From Planctomycetota bacterium (GTDB lineage: Bacteria; Planctomycetota; B15-G4): a stretch of DNA of 64,000 bases. The DNA lies in the NCBI GenBank assembly GCA_038212275.1, contig JBBQUR010000005.1, positions 128,001 through 192,000 on the forward strand, read 5' to 3'. The notes under the pieces were generated by a model. It saw only the letters and a list, made by a program, of their open reading frames with translations, was not told where the DNA came from and did no database searches. A program made the position numbers and the translations under genes. Below, piece after piece: positions 51,731 to 61,856 of the stretch; position 1 is the stretch's first letter, and the number at the start of each line of letters is the position of its first letter.

Positions 51731-52863
51731 GAGTCGGCCTCGATGCGCGACCGGCCCTTTTCTCGCGGACCGGGATCGGCCGCGCCGCACGTGAGTTGTT
51801 CATCGCGCTGTCGGCCCGGGCCGACATGCAGGTGCTCGGCTACGGCGCCGCGTGGCGCCGGCCGCGCGCCGAGGCCGGCCTGCCGGGCGTGCGCACGCCG
51901 CGTATCCCGGCCCGCCTTCAAGCCGCACTGGCGCCGCTGGGCTTCGGCGTGGAGACGCTGCTGGGCCCGCTCGACATCTTTCATCACACGGACCTCGTGT
52001 ACGCGCCGGTGCGCCGCGCGCGGGAGGTCATGTCGCTGCACGACCTCACCTTCCTGCACGGCCAGGGCTGGCATGACGCAGCGTTCACGGAGCGCGTCGA
52101 GCCGCGCGTGCGCCGCGCCGCCGCACGAGCCGCCGCGATCTTCGTGCCCTGCGAACGCGTGCGCGACGACGTGCTGGCGCGCCGCGTCGCGCCGGCGGAG
52201 CGCGTGCACGTCGTGCCGCTCGGCTGCGATCACGTGGACGCCACGCGGCGCTCCGACGATGCGGCGGCGCTGAGCCGTCTCCGCGCACGCGCCGGCCTGC
52301 CCGCGGACGCCGGCCCGCTCGTCCTGCTGCCCGGCACGCGCGAGCCGCGCAAGAATCAGCTCGCGCTGCTGCAGGCCTTCGTCGACCTGCCGCGCGGCAC
52401 GCCGGGTTGCCTGCTCTTCGTCGGGCCGCGAGGCTGGGGCTGCGCGGAGCTGGAGGCCACGCTCGCGGAAGGCCGCCGGCCCGCGCATGTCGGCGTGCTC
52501 GGAGAGGTGCCCGAGGAGGAGCTCGCCGTGCTGCTGCGTGGCGCGGATGTGGTGGCGTATCCGAGCCTCGCGGAGGGTTTCGGTCTGCCCGTCGCGGAGG
52601 CGCTGCATTGCGGCCGTGCCGTGCTCACCACGCGCGCCACGCCGATGGCCGACTACGGCGGCGACGCCGTGCTGGCCGTGGACGGCCACGACGTCGGCGC
52701 CCTGCGCGACGGCCTCCGCCAACTCCTCGGTGATGCCACGCTGCGCGCCGCGCTGGGTGCTGCGGGCCGGCGACGCGTCGAGAGGCTGACGTGGGCGCGC
52801 GCGGCCGAAGCGACGCACGCCATCTATCAGCACGTCGGCGGAAACGTAGACTCCGCGCGATGA
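51727..52863 (+). CDS. GT4 glycosyltransferase
   Basis: TGIGR, SLHDL, GTREPRKN, YPSLAEGFGLPVAEA; ATGA overlap. Confidence 0.92.
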   Translation: MRVGLDARPALFSRTGIGRAARELFIALSARADMQVLGYGAAWRRPRAEAGLPGVRTPRIPARLQAALAPLGFGVETLLGPLDIFHHTDLVYAPVRRAREVMSLHDLTFLHGQGWHDAAFTERVEPRVRRAAARAAAIFVPCERVRDDVLARRVAPAERVHVVPLGCDHVDATRRSDDAAALSRLRARAGLPADAGPLVLLPGTREPRKNQLALLQAFVDLPRGTPGCLLFVGPRGWGCAELEATLAEGRRPAHVGVLGEVPEEELAVLLRGADVVAYPSLAEGFGLPVAEALHCGRAVLTTRATPMADYGGDAVLAVDGHDVGALRDGLRQLLGDATLRAALGAAGRRRVERLTWARAAEATHAIYQHVGGNVDSAR

Positions 52864-55604
52864 CCGCCCCGAAGTCCCTTGTCCTGCCGCTGCTGCTCCT
52901 GCTCCTGCTCGCGTGGAGCGGGTCGGGTTGCGGCGATGCTTCGGCGCCGCTCGCGCCCGGCGCCACGGCCCCGACGCCGCCGCCTTCGCCCGGCAACGAG
53001 CATGAAGCAACCGCGCCGCGCGAGGGCGACCTGCGCGCCTGGGACTATCCGTCGATGGCGTGCCGCGCCAACGGCGATGCGTGGCTTGCCTGCGTGCACT
53101 GGGAGGCCGGCACGGACAGCCTCGCGTTGCGTCTCTCGTCCCGGACCGCGGCCGACGAGACGCTCGTCTACACGTCGCCGACGCGCGTGCTCGGCACCGC
53201 GCTCGCCGTGGACGAGGCCGACGCCCTGCACCTCGTCTGGTCCGAGGCCGTCGCGGACGGCTGGGCCCTGCGCACGCTCGTGATCGCCGCACCGGATCGC
53301 GAGGGCGAGCTGGGCACGCCGGGCGCGCCGGTCACGCTGCTGTCGGTGCCCGGCGCGAGGCTGCTGTGGCCCGTGCTCGCAGCGGACGGCCAGCACGCGC
53401 TGCTGCTCACCTGTCTCTCGCTGGACGGCACCGGCCCCGCGGTGCTCGCGCTCGGCCGCCTGCCCGGCGGGCCGTGGAGCGCAGCGGTGGACGTGAGCAC
53501 GAATCGCCACTCGCACTGGTCGCCGTCGGCAACGTCCACGGGCCCCGGGCGCTTCGCCATCGCGTGGGATGGCGCGACCGACGGCGACTACGACATCTAC
53601 CTCGCGGAGTGCCGGCTCGGCACCGATGGCAGGCCCTCCGTGCTCACGCGGCAACGCCTCACCGACACGCCGCGCCGCGAGTCCCATCCCTCGCTGGCCT
53701 TCGATGGCGAGCGCCTCTACGTGGCGTACGACGTTGCGGCCGAGCACTGGGGCCGCGAGGGCTCCGTGAACAAGCTGGAAGAAGCGCTGCACGCCGGGCG
53801 CCAGGTCGAGATCGTCGCGGTGCAGGACGGACAGGTGGCGCCGCTGGGCGTGCAGCCGAGCGTGGGCATGAACGACGTGCTCGCGCGCAATTGGGAACTC
53901 CCGAAGCTGGCCATCGAGAGCACCGGCAACCTCGTGCTCTTCTTCCGCGGTCTGCCGCTGCCGCTGGAATTCGATGACCCGGAGGACCCGGCCTTCCAGA
54001 AGGTCGCGCAGGCGAAGGCGGGCGGGCTTGGCTGGCGCACCTCCATCTGGTTCGCGTACATGACCCGCTTCGATGGCGCCACGTGGCATCTCGCCGACAA
54101 GCATCACTTCGGCATCCCGGGGGGCGACGGTCGCGCCGATGCAGGCATCGCCTGCACGCGCCTGCCGGGAGGCGGCATGGCCTATGCGGTGGTGGGCGAC
54201 GATCGCGCGGCGCCGGCGTCGGCGAAGTCCACCGAGGGGCTCTCACCCGAACAGCTCCGCATGCGCCAGCTCGAAAGCGTCGACTGGTGGCGGCCCGTCT
54301 CGAGCATGCCGACCACGGTGACCACCGGCATCCTGCGCAAGGACGCGCAGGCCGCGCCGTTTGCGCTGGGCCCCGCGCGCGCGCTGCCCGACCTGCCCGC
54401 GGCGGCGCCCGGCGACGCGGCCGCGCTGCCGACGCGCCTCGGGCCCGACGGCGCGCGGCTCTCGCTCGCGCTCGGAGACCTGCACCGCCACACCGACCTC
54501 TCGCGCTGCTCGTCCAACTGGGACGGCCCCTTCGACGACGCGCTGCGCTACGCCTACGACGTGGCGCCGCTGCAGTTCCTCGCCATCACGGACCACTTCG
54601 AGCACATGACCGCGTACGACTGGTGGCGCAGCGCGAGCTGGGCCGACGCCTACGACAGCCCCGGCCGCATGGTGGACCTGCGCGCCTACGAGCGCTCCGA
54701 GCCCTCCACCGGTCACCGCAACGTCATCGCGCGCGGCGACAACCCGCCGCTCGTGGCCTATCGCGGCGTGTACGACCGCGAGCGCGACGCGTCGACCACC
54801 GGCAAGGACGCCGACCTGTGGCCGCTGCTCGACGAGCACGACGTGCTCACGATTCCGCACACGCCGGCAGGGATGTTTCCTTCCAATCCGTCGACGCTCG
54901 CCTGGGGCAGCTTCGACCCGCGCTTCGATCGCCTCGTCGAGGTCTTCCAGAGCTATCGCGGCAACTCGGAGGCCATCGACGCGCCGCGCGCCATTCCCGG
55001 GCTGAACCCGCGCCGTTACGCGCTGCCGAACCTGGACCTCGGCATGCACTTCGGCTTCATCGCCTCGAGCGACCACCAGACCAGCGACGGCGCCTTCGCC
55101 GGCGCCTGGGTCGGAGAGCTCACGCGGGAGGGCGTCTTCGATGCGCTGCACGCGCGGCGGACCTTCGCCTCCACGGTGCGCGCGTCGCTGTGGACCGAGT
55201 GGAACGGCGTGCCGATGGGCACCTCCGCCGCCGCGCCGGCCGGCGTGGACTCCGGCTTCGTCGTCGAAGTGGACGGCTTCGGCCGTGCGCTGTCCGCGCT
55301 CGAACTCATCGTCGACGGCACGGTGTCGGAGCAGCGCGCGGTGCACGGCAGCACGGCGCGCGAAGGCTTCGAGCTGGCCGTGCCGCCGGTCGGCAGCCGC
55401 TTCGCCTATGTCCGCGTGCGTTTCGCAGACGGCGAGCTGATGTGGAGCAGCCCCGTGCGCCTGTCCGCCGACGGCAGTCAAGGCGCGGACGGCCTCTCGG
55501 GTGCGCAGATCTCGCAGCAGCACGGCGACGTGTGGAGTCAGCAGGCATCGGGCGCCTCGCCGGCGTCGCCCGCGACGTCGCCTGCGCCAGCCGGGCCGCG
55601 CTGA
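52860..55604 (+). CDS. Large lipoprotein: N-terminal beta-rich repeats + PHP-like (CehA/McbA/DUF3604-type) metallohydrolase domain
   Basis: Lipobox GSGC; GDLHRHTDLS, AITDH, GHRNV, TIPH, VEVFQ, GFIASSDH, ALHARRTFAS, WSSPV. Confidence 0.78.
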   Translation: MTAPKSLVLPLLLLLLLAWSGSGCGDASAPLAPGATAPTPPPSPGNEHEATAPREGDLRAWDYPSMACRANGDAWLACVHWEAGTDSLALRLSSRTAADETLVYTSPTRVLGTALAVDEADALHLVWSEAVADGWALRTLVIAAPDREGELGTPGAPVTLLSVPGARLLWPVLAADGQHALLLTCLSLDGTGPAVLALGRLPGGPWSAAVDVSTNRHSHWSPSATSTGPGRFAIAWDGATDGDYDIYLAECRLGTDGRPSVLTRQRLTDTPRRESHPSLAFDGERLYVAYDVAAEHWGREGSVNKLEEALHAGRQVEIVAVQDGQVAPLGVQPSVGMNDVLARNWELPKLAIESTGNLVLFFRGLPLPLEFDDPEDPAFQKVAQAKAGGLGWRTSIWFAYMTRFDGATWHLADKHHFGIPGGDGRADAGIACTRLPGGGMAYAVVGDDRAAPASAKSTEGLSPEQLRMRQLESVDWWRPVSSMPTTVTTGILRKDAQAAPFALGPARALPDLPAAAPGDAAALPTRLGPDGARLSLALGDLHRHTDLSRCSSNWDGPFDDALRYAYDVAPLQFLAITDHFEHMTAYDWWRSASWADAYDSPGRMVDLRAYERSEPSTGHRNVIARGDNPPLVAYRGVYDRERDASTTGKDADLWPLLDEHDVLTIPHTPAGMFPSNPSTLAWGSFDPRFDRLVEVFQSYRGNSEAIDAPRAIPGLNPRRYALPNLDLGMHFGFIASSDHQTSDGAFAGAWVGELTREGVFDALHARRTFASTVRASLWTEWNGVPMGTSAAAPAGVDSGFVVEVDGFGRALSALELIVDGTVSEQRAVHGSTAREGFELAVPPVGSRFAYVRVRFADGELMWSSPVRLSADGSQGADGLSGAQISQQHGDVWSQQASGASPASPATSPAPAGPR

Positions 55605-55609
55605 GCGCC

Positions 55610-56758
55610 GTGCGCATCGCCCTGGACGTCAGCCTGCTGGATCGGGCGGAGCCGACCGGAGTCGAGCGCGGGCTGGCCACGCTGCGCGAGGCGCTGCTGG
55701 GCTGCGGCCCGGCGCTGCAGCTCGTGCAGCTCTCCGCACCGCCGTCGCTGCCCGTGGCGCTGTGGCGCGAGACCACGTTGCCCACGCTGCTCGCGGGCCA
55801 TCGCATCGATGTCTATCACTCGCCCGTGGCGGCCGTGCCGCTGCGCGCGGGTTGTGCCGTCGTGGCGACGCTGCACGAGCTGCCGTGGGCGTCGTCGGAT
55901 GCGGCGGCACGCGCGACCGGGGACGGCCGCTGGACGCATCGCGCGCGCACCGCGCTCGCCGTCGCCGTCGCGACGCGGCTGGTCTGCGTCTCGGAGCGCA
56001 CGCGCGAGCACCTGCTGGCGCGCCACCCGGAGGCCGCGCCGCGCGCGGTCGTCATTCCGCACGCGGTCGATGCACGCTTCAAGCCGGCGGCGCCCGACAG
56101 CGACGAGGCGCGCGAGGACGAGACGCTGCGTGCACGCCTGGGGCTCGGCGCCGACGGGCGCGCGCCGTTGCTGCTCGCCGTCGGTCGCCTGCGCCGCAAG
56201 AAGAATCTCGCCGCGCTGCTCGAGGCCGTCGCCGCGGCGCGGGCTCCGGCCGGCATGCGCCTCGTGCTTGCCGGTCCCGACGGCGATGCCTCCGACGCGC
56301 TGGCCGCACGCGCGCGTCGTGCGGATCTCGCGGGCCGCGTGCTCTTCCCCGGTGCGGTGGACGACCGGACGCTGCTCGCGCTGTACCGCGGCGCGACGGC
56401 CGTCGCCTTTCCGTCGCTCTTCGAGGGTTTCGGCCTGCCCGTGCTCGAGGCCATGGCCTGCGGCGTGCCCGTGCTGGCCAGTGAAGAAGGTGCGGCACCC
56501 GAGGTGCGCGGGCAGGCCGTGGAGCTGTGCCGGGCAGGAGATCCCGCTTCGCTTGCCGCCACGCTGCAGCAGCTGCTGAACTCGCCGGCTCGTCGCGCCG
56601 AACTCGTCGCGCGCGGGCGGCTCCACGTGGTGCGCTTCAACGGCGAGGCGCTGGCGCGCGCGCACCTCGCCCTCTACGCGGATGGCATCGAGGCGTACGC
56701 CCGGCGTCGGCCGTCCGACGCGCGCAGCGGCCGCGATGCCGGAGGCGCGACGCGATGA
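55610..56758 (+). CDS. GT4 glycosyltransferase
   Basis: TGVER, TLHE, VGRLRRKKN, FPSLFEGFGLPVLEAMACGVPV. Confidence 0.92.
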   Translation: MRIALDVSLLDRAEPTGVERGLATLREALLGCGPALQLVQLSAPPSLPVALWRETTLPTLLAGHRIDVYHSPVAAVPLRAGCAVVATLHELPWASSDAAARATGDGRWTHRARTALAVAVATRLVCVSERTREHLLARHPEAAPRAVVIPHAVDARFKPAAPDSDEAREDETLRARLGLGADGRAPLLLAVGRLRRKKNLAALLEAVAAARAPAGMRLVLAGPDGDASDALAARARRADLAGRVLFPGAVDDRTLLALYRGATAVAFPSLFEGFGLPVLEAMACGVPVLASEEGAAPEVRGQAVELCRAGDPASLAATLQQLLNSPARRAELVARGRLHVVRFNGEALARAHLALYADGIEAYARRRPSDARSGRDAGGATR

Positions 56759-57906
56759 GCGCGCGTGCTGCGCAGCCCGTCGTGCTCGTCGACGCGACGA
56801 TGCTCGATGGGGGCCACAGCGGCGCGGCCACGCGGCTCGCGGCGCTCGGGGCCGCGCACGCCGCGCGCGGCGCGGTGGATGTGCTGCACCTCGTGCGACC
56901 CGGCGTCGACGCGCTGCCAGGCCTGCGCTGCCTGCCCTTCACGGGCATGCACACGCCGCTGCGTCGCGCGCTGGCGGGCCGCCGCATCGATGCGGAACTC
57001 GTGCGTCACGGCGGGGCGGTCTGGGCCGCCGCCGCGCTGCCGCTGCCGTCCGTGCGCGCCGCGCCGATGAGCGTCACGCTGCACGACCTGCGCTTCCTGC
57101 AGGAGGGCGAGGACGTGTCGCTGGCGCGCAGGTTGTGGGGCCGGCGCCGCCTCGCGCCGAACGTGGCGCGCGCGGCGGCCGTCATCGCGGTGTCGCGCTT
57201 CACGGCGGGAGAGCTGGCGCGGCACGCGGTGTGCGACGCCACCCGCGTGCACGTGATTCCCAATGCCGGCAGCCCCGGACTGCAGCGCGTGGACGACCCG
57301 CAGGTGATCACCGCGCTGCGCCGCCGCATGGACTGGAACGCGCGCTACGTGCTGGCTGTCGGCCCGCTGGCGCGGCACAAGCGCCCGCTCTTTCTGCTCG
57401 AGGCGCTGGCCGCCGCGCGCGCACGCCCCGGCGGCAGCGACCTCGGGCTCGTGCTGGCGGGGCATGCCGAGCCCGAGGCTGCACGGATCTTCGCGCGCCG
57501 CGCGACGGAACTCGGCGTGCAGGGCTGCGTGCGGTTGACGGGAGATCTCGACGACGCGCGCCTCTCCGCCGTGCTCTCCGGCGCCGACGCGCTGCTGCTC
57601 GCTTCCGAGTGCGAGGGCTTCGCGATCCCCGTCGTCGACGCGCAGCGCTTCGGCGTGCCGGTCGTCGCGGTGGCGGCGGGGGCCGTGCCCGAGGTGGCCG
57701 GCGCGGGCGCCTGGTTGCTGCCGCCGGGTGATGCGGCGGCCGTGGGCGCCGCGATCGTGGAAGCCGTCAGTCCCGGTGCGGAACGTGAGCGCCGGCTGGC
57801 GCTGGGTCGCGAGCACTCTGCCCGCTGGTCGTGGGATCGCTCGGCCGGACAACTGGAGACGCTGTGGTTGCGGCTGGCGTCGGAGCGAGCCGCGCGCGGG
57901 GCCTGA
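56755..57906 (+). CDS. GT4 glycosyltransferase (divergent EX7E motif)
   Basis: TLHDL, VSRFT, VGPLARHK, SECEGFAIPVVDAQRFGVPV; ATGA overlap. Confidence 0.88.
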   Translation: MSARAAQPVVLVDATMLDGGHSGAATRLAALGAAHAARGAVDVLHLVRPGVDALPGLRCLPFTGMHTPLRRALAGRRIDAELVRHGGAVWAAAALPLPSVRAAPMSVTLHDLRFLQEGEDVSLARRLWGRRRLAPNVARAAAVIAVSRFTAGELARHAVCDATRVHVIPNAGSPGLQRVDDPQVITALRRRMDWNARYVLAVGPLARHKRPLFLLEALAAARARPGGSDLGLVLAGHAEPEAARIFARRATELGVQGCVRLTGDLDDARLSAVLSGADALLLASECEGFAIPVVDAQRFGVPVVAVAAGAVPEVAGAGAWLLPPGDAAAVGAAIVEAVSPGAERERRLALGREHSARWSWDRSAGQLETLWLRLASERAARGA

Positions 57907-58354
57907 GCGCGCCGAGGTCGCGCGTGTCGAGCACCGAGGCGTCGGCTCCGGAGAGCAACCACGTGCTGGCGGGAAGCTCGGCGTCGCCGGCATCCACGGC
58001 AAGGATCGCGAGGTCGGCGAGGCCGTCGCCGTCGGCGTCGGGCATTTCCTGCAGCACGACGAAGATCGAGCCCGTGGCCGCGCGTTCCGGATGGTCGAGC
58101 GGATCCGTGGCGAAGGGCGAGTCGGCTGCGACGAGGGGACCACCGGCTGCCTCGCCCGTCGAGTTGATGATCACGACGCTGTTGTTGTCGTCGTCATCAT
58201 CATGGTCGTGGTTGCCCGAGCTGTAGGCGAAGGAGCATCCGCCGCCGAGGACCTGCGAGAGCGCGAGCCCGAGCAGCAGCGTGATCCATGCGGCGCGGCG
58301 TCCGTGTGTCGGCGAGGACGCCTCTGCGCGGCTGGCGAAGAGCGCGATATCCAT
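57767..58354 (-). CDS. Hypothetical lipoprotein with acidic His/Asp stretch
   Basis: GGGAG SD and TATCCT box upstream; signal ending GGGC; HDHDDDDDNN; DADGDGLAD; 3' end overlaps GT4 gene. Confidence 0.6.
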   Translation of the reverse strand: MDIALFASRAEASSPTHGRRAAWITLLLGLALSQVLGGGCSFAYSSGNHDHDDDDDNNSVVIINSTGEAAGGPLVAADSPFATDPLDHPERAATGSIFVVLQEMPDADGDGLADLAILAVDAGDAELPASTWLLSGADASVLDTRDLGALRPRARLAPTPAATTASPVVRPSDPTTSGQSARDPAPAGAHVPHRD

Positions 58355-58503
58355 GGTGAGTCTCCCGTCGTGAGCCAGAGGGCCCGTGTGCTCGCTGAGG
58401 ATAGCGCCGATCGCCTCTCCGGTGGGCAGTTCACCCGGGGCAGTTCATCGGGTTGGGCAAGTGAACAGGTCGGCTGCAGGGGAAAGGTGCCGCGGGCGGA
58501 ACT

Positions 58504-59145
58504 TCAGCCGATCAGGCCGACGAGCCAGGCCACGCCGGCCATCAGGGCGGCGGCGATCAGCAGCACGCCGAGCGTCACGGCCAGACGCTGGCCGGTGGGA
58601 AGTTGCGAGAGGTCCGCGTTGAGCAGGCCGCGCCGCGCCTCGACCTTGCGGAACTGGAGCTCCCGTCTGCGCTGCGTCAATGCTGGCGCTTCGGACTCCC
58701 TGGCCGCCGCAGCGCCGCCGCGGCCCTCGCGGCCCTCGCGGAGCGATGTCGTGCCAGCGACGGTGCCCGCCGCAGCGGCTGATGCCATGCGTGAGGCCGT
58801 GCTTGATGCTGCGCCTGATGCGCCGCCCGATGCGCCGCCTGATGCGCCGCCTGATGCGGCGCCCGGGGCGGGCCGCGCGCAGAGCGTGAACTTCACGCGG
58901 CCGAGGATCAGCTCGTCGCCGTCGCGCAGCAGGGAGCGCTCCACCTTCCGGCCGCCGACGCCGACGACGCCCTCGCCCAGGGCTTCGATGCGCAGCGTGC
59001 CCGCGCTGCCCTCGCTGAGCCGGGCGTGTTGCGCGATCACGGACTCGTGCGGCACACGCACGTCGGCATCGGGACCGCTTCCGAGCACCGCCGGAAGGCT
59101 CGCGATGCCGAGCTGCTGTCCGCGCGCCGTCATGAGGACCCACAT
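58504..59145 (-). CDS. FHA-like domain membrane protein
   Basis: VLGSGPDADVRV..SV..QHARL...LRDGDELILG; C-terminal TM; TAGGCT box 8 nt before ATG. Confidence 0.75.
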   Translation of the reverse strand: MWVLMTARGQQLGIASLPAVLGSGPDADVRVPHESVIAQHARLSEGSAGTLRIEALGEGVVGVGGRKVERSLLRDGDELILGRVKFTLCARPAPGAASGGASGGASGGASGAASSTASRMASAAAAGTVAGTTSLREGREGRGGAAAARESEAPALTQRRRELQFRKVEARRGLLNADLSQLPTGQRLAVTLGVLLIAAALMAGVAWLVGLIG

Positions 59146-59289
59146 GCGGGCGCAGCCTAACAGGGCCGTGCCGGGAGTCCCTGCGCCGATCGTCCGCCGG
59201 ACCCGGCTGCGAGCAGGGAGCCTTGATGCATCGCGGACGGCCACGTCGGGCGCGCAACGCCGCGCGCCGGCAGCTAGACTCGGCCCCGC

Positions 59290-60012
59290 ATGCCTCTGCT
59301 GGAAGCTCGCCGGATCGGCCACACCTACCTGCGCTTCCCCGCGCGCAGGCTCGTCTCGCTGCACGGCGTGGATCTCGTCGTCGAGCGCGGCGAATGCTGG
59401 GGGCTCATCGGTCCCAACGGCTCGGGCAAGTCCACGCTGCTGCGCATTGCGGCGGGACTTGCGGAGCCGCACGCAGGGTCCGTGACCGTCTGCGGCGAGC
59501 GCGCCGGCAGTCGCGCGGCGCACCGGCGCGTGGGCTTCGTGCCGGAGGCCGTGCGCTGGCCGGCGGCGCTGCGCGCCGTCGACGTGCTGCTCGAACTGGC
59601 GTCGCTGTCCGGGCTGCGCGATGCCGGCGCGCGCGTGGATCGCGTCGCCCGGCTGACCGGCCTGCAGGGCCTGCTGGCGCGACGGCTCGGCACGCTGTCG
59701 CTGGGACAGGCGCGACGCGTCGTGCTGGCGCAGGCGCTGCTCGACGAGCCCGAGCTGCTCCTGCTCGACGAACCCTTCTCCGGCCTGGACTCGCTGGTGA
59801 TCATGGACCTGGCCGAGCACCTGCGGGCGCGCCTCGCCGCGGGCGCGGGCGTCGTGCTGGCGAGCCACCGACTGGAGGATTTCACGGCGCTGGCGACGCA
59901 CGTGCTCGTGCTGCGCGCGGGCCAGGTGGTGGCTGCCGGGCCCGCCGCCGAGGTCCTGGCTGGCAGCGACGCGCGCGAAGGTCTGTCCGCCCTGCTCGGC
60001 AGCTCCGCCTGA
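59290..60012 (+). CDS. ABC transporter ATP-binding protein
   Basis: GPNGSGKST, LSLGQARR, LLLDEP, LASH. Confidence 0.93.
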   Translation: MPLLEARRIGHTYLRFPARRLVSLHGVDLVVERGECWGLIGPNGSGKSTLLRIAAGLAEPHAGSVTVCGERAGSRAAHRRVGFVPEAVRWPAALRAVDVLLELASLSGLRDAGARVDRVARLTGLQGLLARRLGTLSLGQARRVVLAQALLDEPELLLLDEPFSGLDSLVIMDLAEHLRARLAAGAGVVLASHRLEDFTALATHVLVLRAGQVVAAGPAAEVLAGSDAREGLSALLGSSA

Positions 60013-60956
60013 TGCTCGGTGGGGTGCTCATCATCGCGGTGGGAACCGTGCGGCGCATGCTCAGCTGGCCTGCGCTGGCCGTCGCGGTGCTCGCGGGCGC
60101 CGGTGCGGGTCTGGCGCTGACGGGTCTGGCGCAGACGGGCCTGCCGGCGACGTCGATGCTGCCGGCGGCCTACAGCGGCCTGGTGCGCGTGCTCGCGGCC
60201 GTGCTCGTGCTGCCGCTCGCGGCCTCGGTGCCCACGGCCGAGCGCGCCGGCGGTTACGAACAACTGGTCGCCCTGCGCCCGATCGCGTCGTGGGCGTGGG
60301 TGGCGGGGCGCGTGATCGGAAGCGTGCTGGGCATGGCGACGCTCGTGCTGCTGCTCGGCCACTGCACGCGCTGGGTGGCCGGCGGCATCGAGGTGCCCGA
60401 CACCGTCGCGGGGCAGCGCATGGCAACCGAGGTCACCGACCCGATGTGGCGCTTCGCATTGCCGGCGGGGCGGCGCGGGCCGTTCGACCTGCAGCTCCAG
60501 GTCTTCGCGCGCTACCCCGGCAGCCAGCCGCTCCGCATCCACGTGACGCGCGGCGACGGCGTGCTGTCGCTCGCGCCGACCGTGTACAGCCGGCCGCAGC
60601 TCACGGTGCCGCTGCCGGATCTGTGGCCCGAGCGCGGCGACCTCTTCGTCACGCTGCACCCGGGTCCGAACCTGGTGCTCGGCGAGGCGCCGCCGCAACT
60701 CGGTGTCGGCACCATGCCGCTGAGCCGGGCGGACCTGCCTCTGCCGACGGCCGCTGCGGCCGGCCTGCTCCTCGCGCTGCTCACGGCCCTGGCCGCCGCG
60801 TGCGCCTTTCATTTCGAGACGGCGTGCCTGGCGGGCCTGACCGCGCTGGCGGTCGAGCTGCCGCCCGGGCCTCTGCCATGGCTCGCGGCCATCGCGCTGC
60901 TGCTGGTCATCGCCACGCTGGGCACCGCGCTGCAACGCCGGTCCGCAATGCCGTGA
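60012..60956 (+). CDS. ABC-2-type permease with an inserted extracytoplasmic beta domain
   Basis: AER.G.YEQLVALRPI...VAGR permease pattern; TGATG overlap with ATPase. Confidence 0.7.
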   Translation: MLGGVLIIAVGTVRRMLSWPALAVAVLAGAGAGLALTGLAQTGLPATSMLPAAYSGLVRVLAAVLVLPLAASVPTAERAGGYEQLVALRPIASWAWVAGRVIGSVLGMATLVLLLGHCTRWVAGGIEVPDTVAGQRMATEVTDPMWRFALPAGRRGPFDLQLQVFARYPGSQPLRIHVTRGDGVLSLAPTVYSRPQLTVPLPDLWPERGDLFVTLHPGPNLVLGEAPPQLGVGTMPLSRADLPLPTAAAAGLLLALLTALAAACAFHFETACLAGLTALAVELPPGPLPWLAAIALLLVIATLGTALQRRSAMP

Positions 60957-61849
60957 GTCACCGCATGCCGCAACTCGTCGCCGCGCTGCTGCTGCTGGCC
61001 TCGTCGGCGTGGCTGGCGCACGCGGCGCCGTCGCTCGGCCCGTCGCGCGGCGACGCGCACCCGTCCGGCGGGGAGACACGCGCCGTGGGCGACGCCGCGC
61101 GTGACGAGGAGCCGCTGGCCCGCGCACTGCAGCCGCTCGGGCCGGTGCGCGCGCTCATCAGCTCGGCGCTGTGGGTCCGACTGCTGCACGACCAGATGTC
61201 CGGCGACTCCGACGAGGCCGCCGCGCTGGCGCGCGCGCTGCTCACGCTGCACCCGGCGCTGAGCACGGTGCGCGAATACCTCGCCGGTCAGCTGCTCGTC
61301 ACGGAGGCGCCGCGGGCGCCTGACCGGGCGCGCCACGATGCGCTCGTGGCGACGGGGCTCACGCTGTTCGAGGAAGGGCTGCTGCTGCCCGGCGGCGAGA
61401 GACTTCACGCCCCGTTCGGCCGCACGCTCGCCGTGCAGACCATGGTGGACGGCCTCTTCGCGCCCGCTGCCGAGCGGGTGCTGGGCGAGATGCCGGAGGA
61501 GCGCGCGTTGCGGGAACTGCTGGCCAGCGGTCCGCAGGGCTTCGATCGCTGGCTGGCCGCCAACCTGGCCCTCGAGCGCGGGCTGCTCGCCTGGCAACTC
61601 GACGGCGACCGCGCGGCGGCGTCGCGCGATCTGGAGCTCGCGCGCTCGCTGCTGCCCCGCTCGGACGCGGACGCGGTCGCGTCGGGTGCCGCGTCGCCCG
61701 GGGCCGACGCAGATGAGATCATGGAGCGCGCCGCTGCACTGCTTGCGCCGTTGCAGGAGGCGCTTCAGTCCGGCCAGCGACCGTCGCGACAGTCACCATC
61801 CGATCAGCCACCCTCCGATCAGCCAGCTGGCGAGCTGCCCCCGCGATGA
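60953..61849 (+). CDS. Exported/anchored helical protein (XapA/PilG-like by resemblance)
   Basis: Signal-like N-terminus; LGPVRALISSALWVRL...LLTLHP...GLTLFEEGL. Confidence 0.55.
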   Translation: MSHRMPQLVAALLLLASSAWLAHAAPSLGPSRGDAHPSGGETRAVGDAARDEEPLARALQPLGPVRALISSALWVRLLHDQMSGDSDEAAALARALLTLHPALSTVREYLAGQLLVTEAPRAPDRARHDALVATGLTLFEEGLLLPGGERLHAPFGRTLAVQTMVDGLFAPAAERVLGEMPEERALRELLASGPQGFDRWLAANLALERGLLAWQLDGDRAAASRDLELARSLLPRSDADAVASGAASPGADADEIMERAAALLAPLQEALQSGQRPSRQSPSDQPPSDQPAGELPPR

Positions 61850-61856
61850 CCCCACG

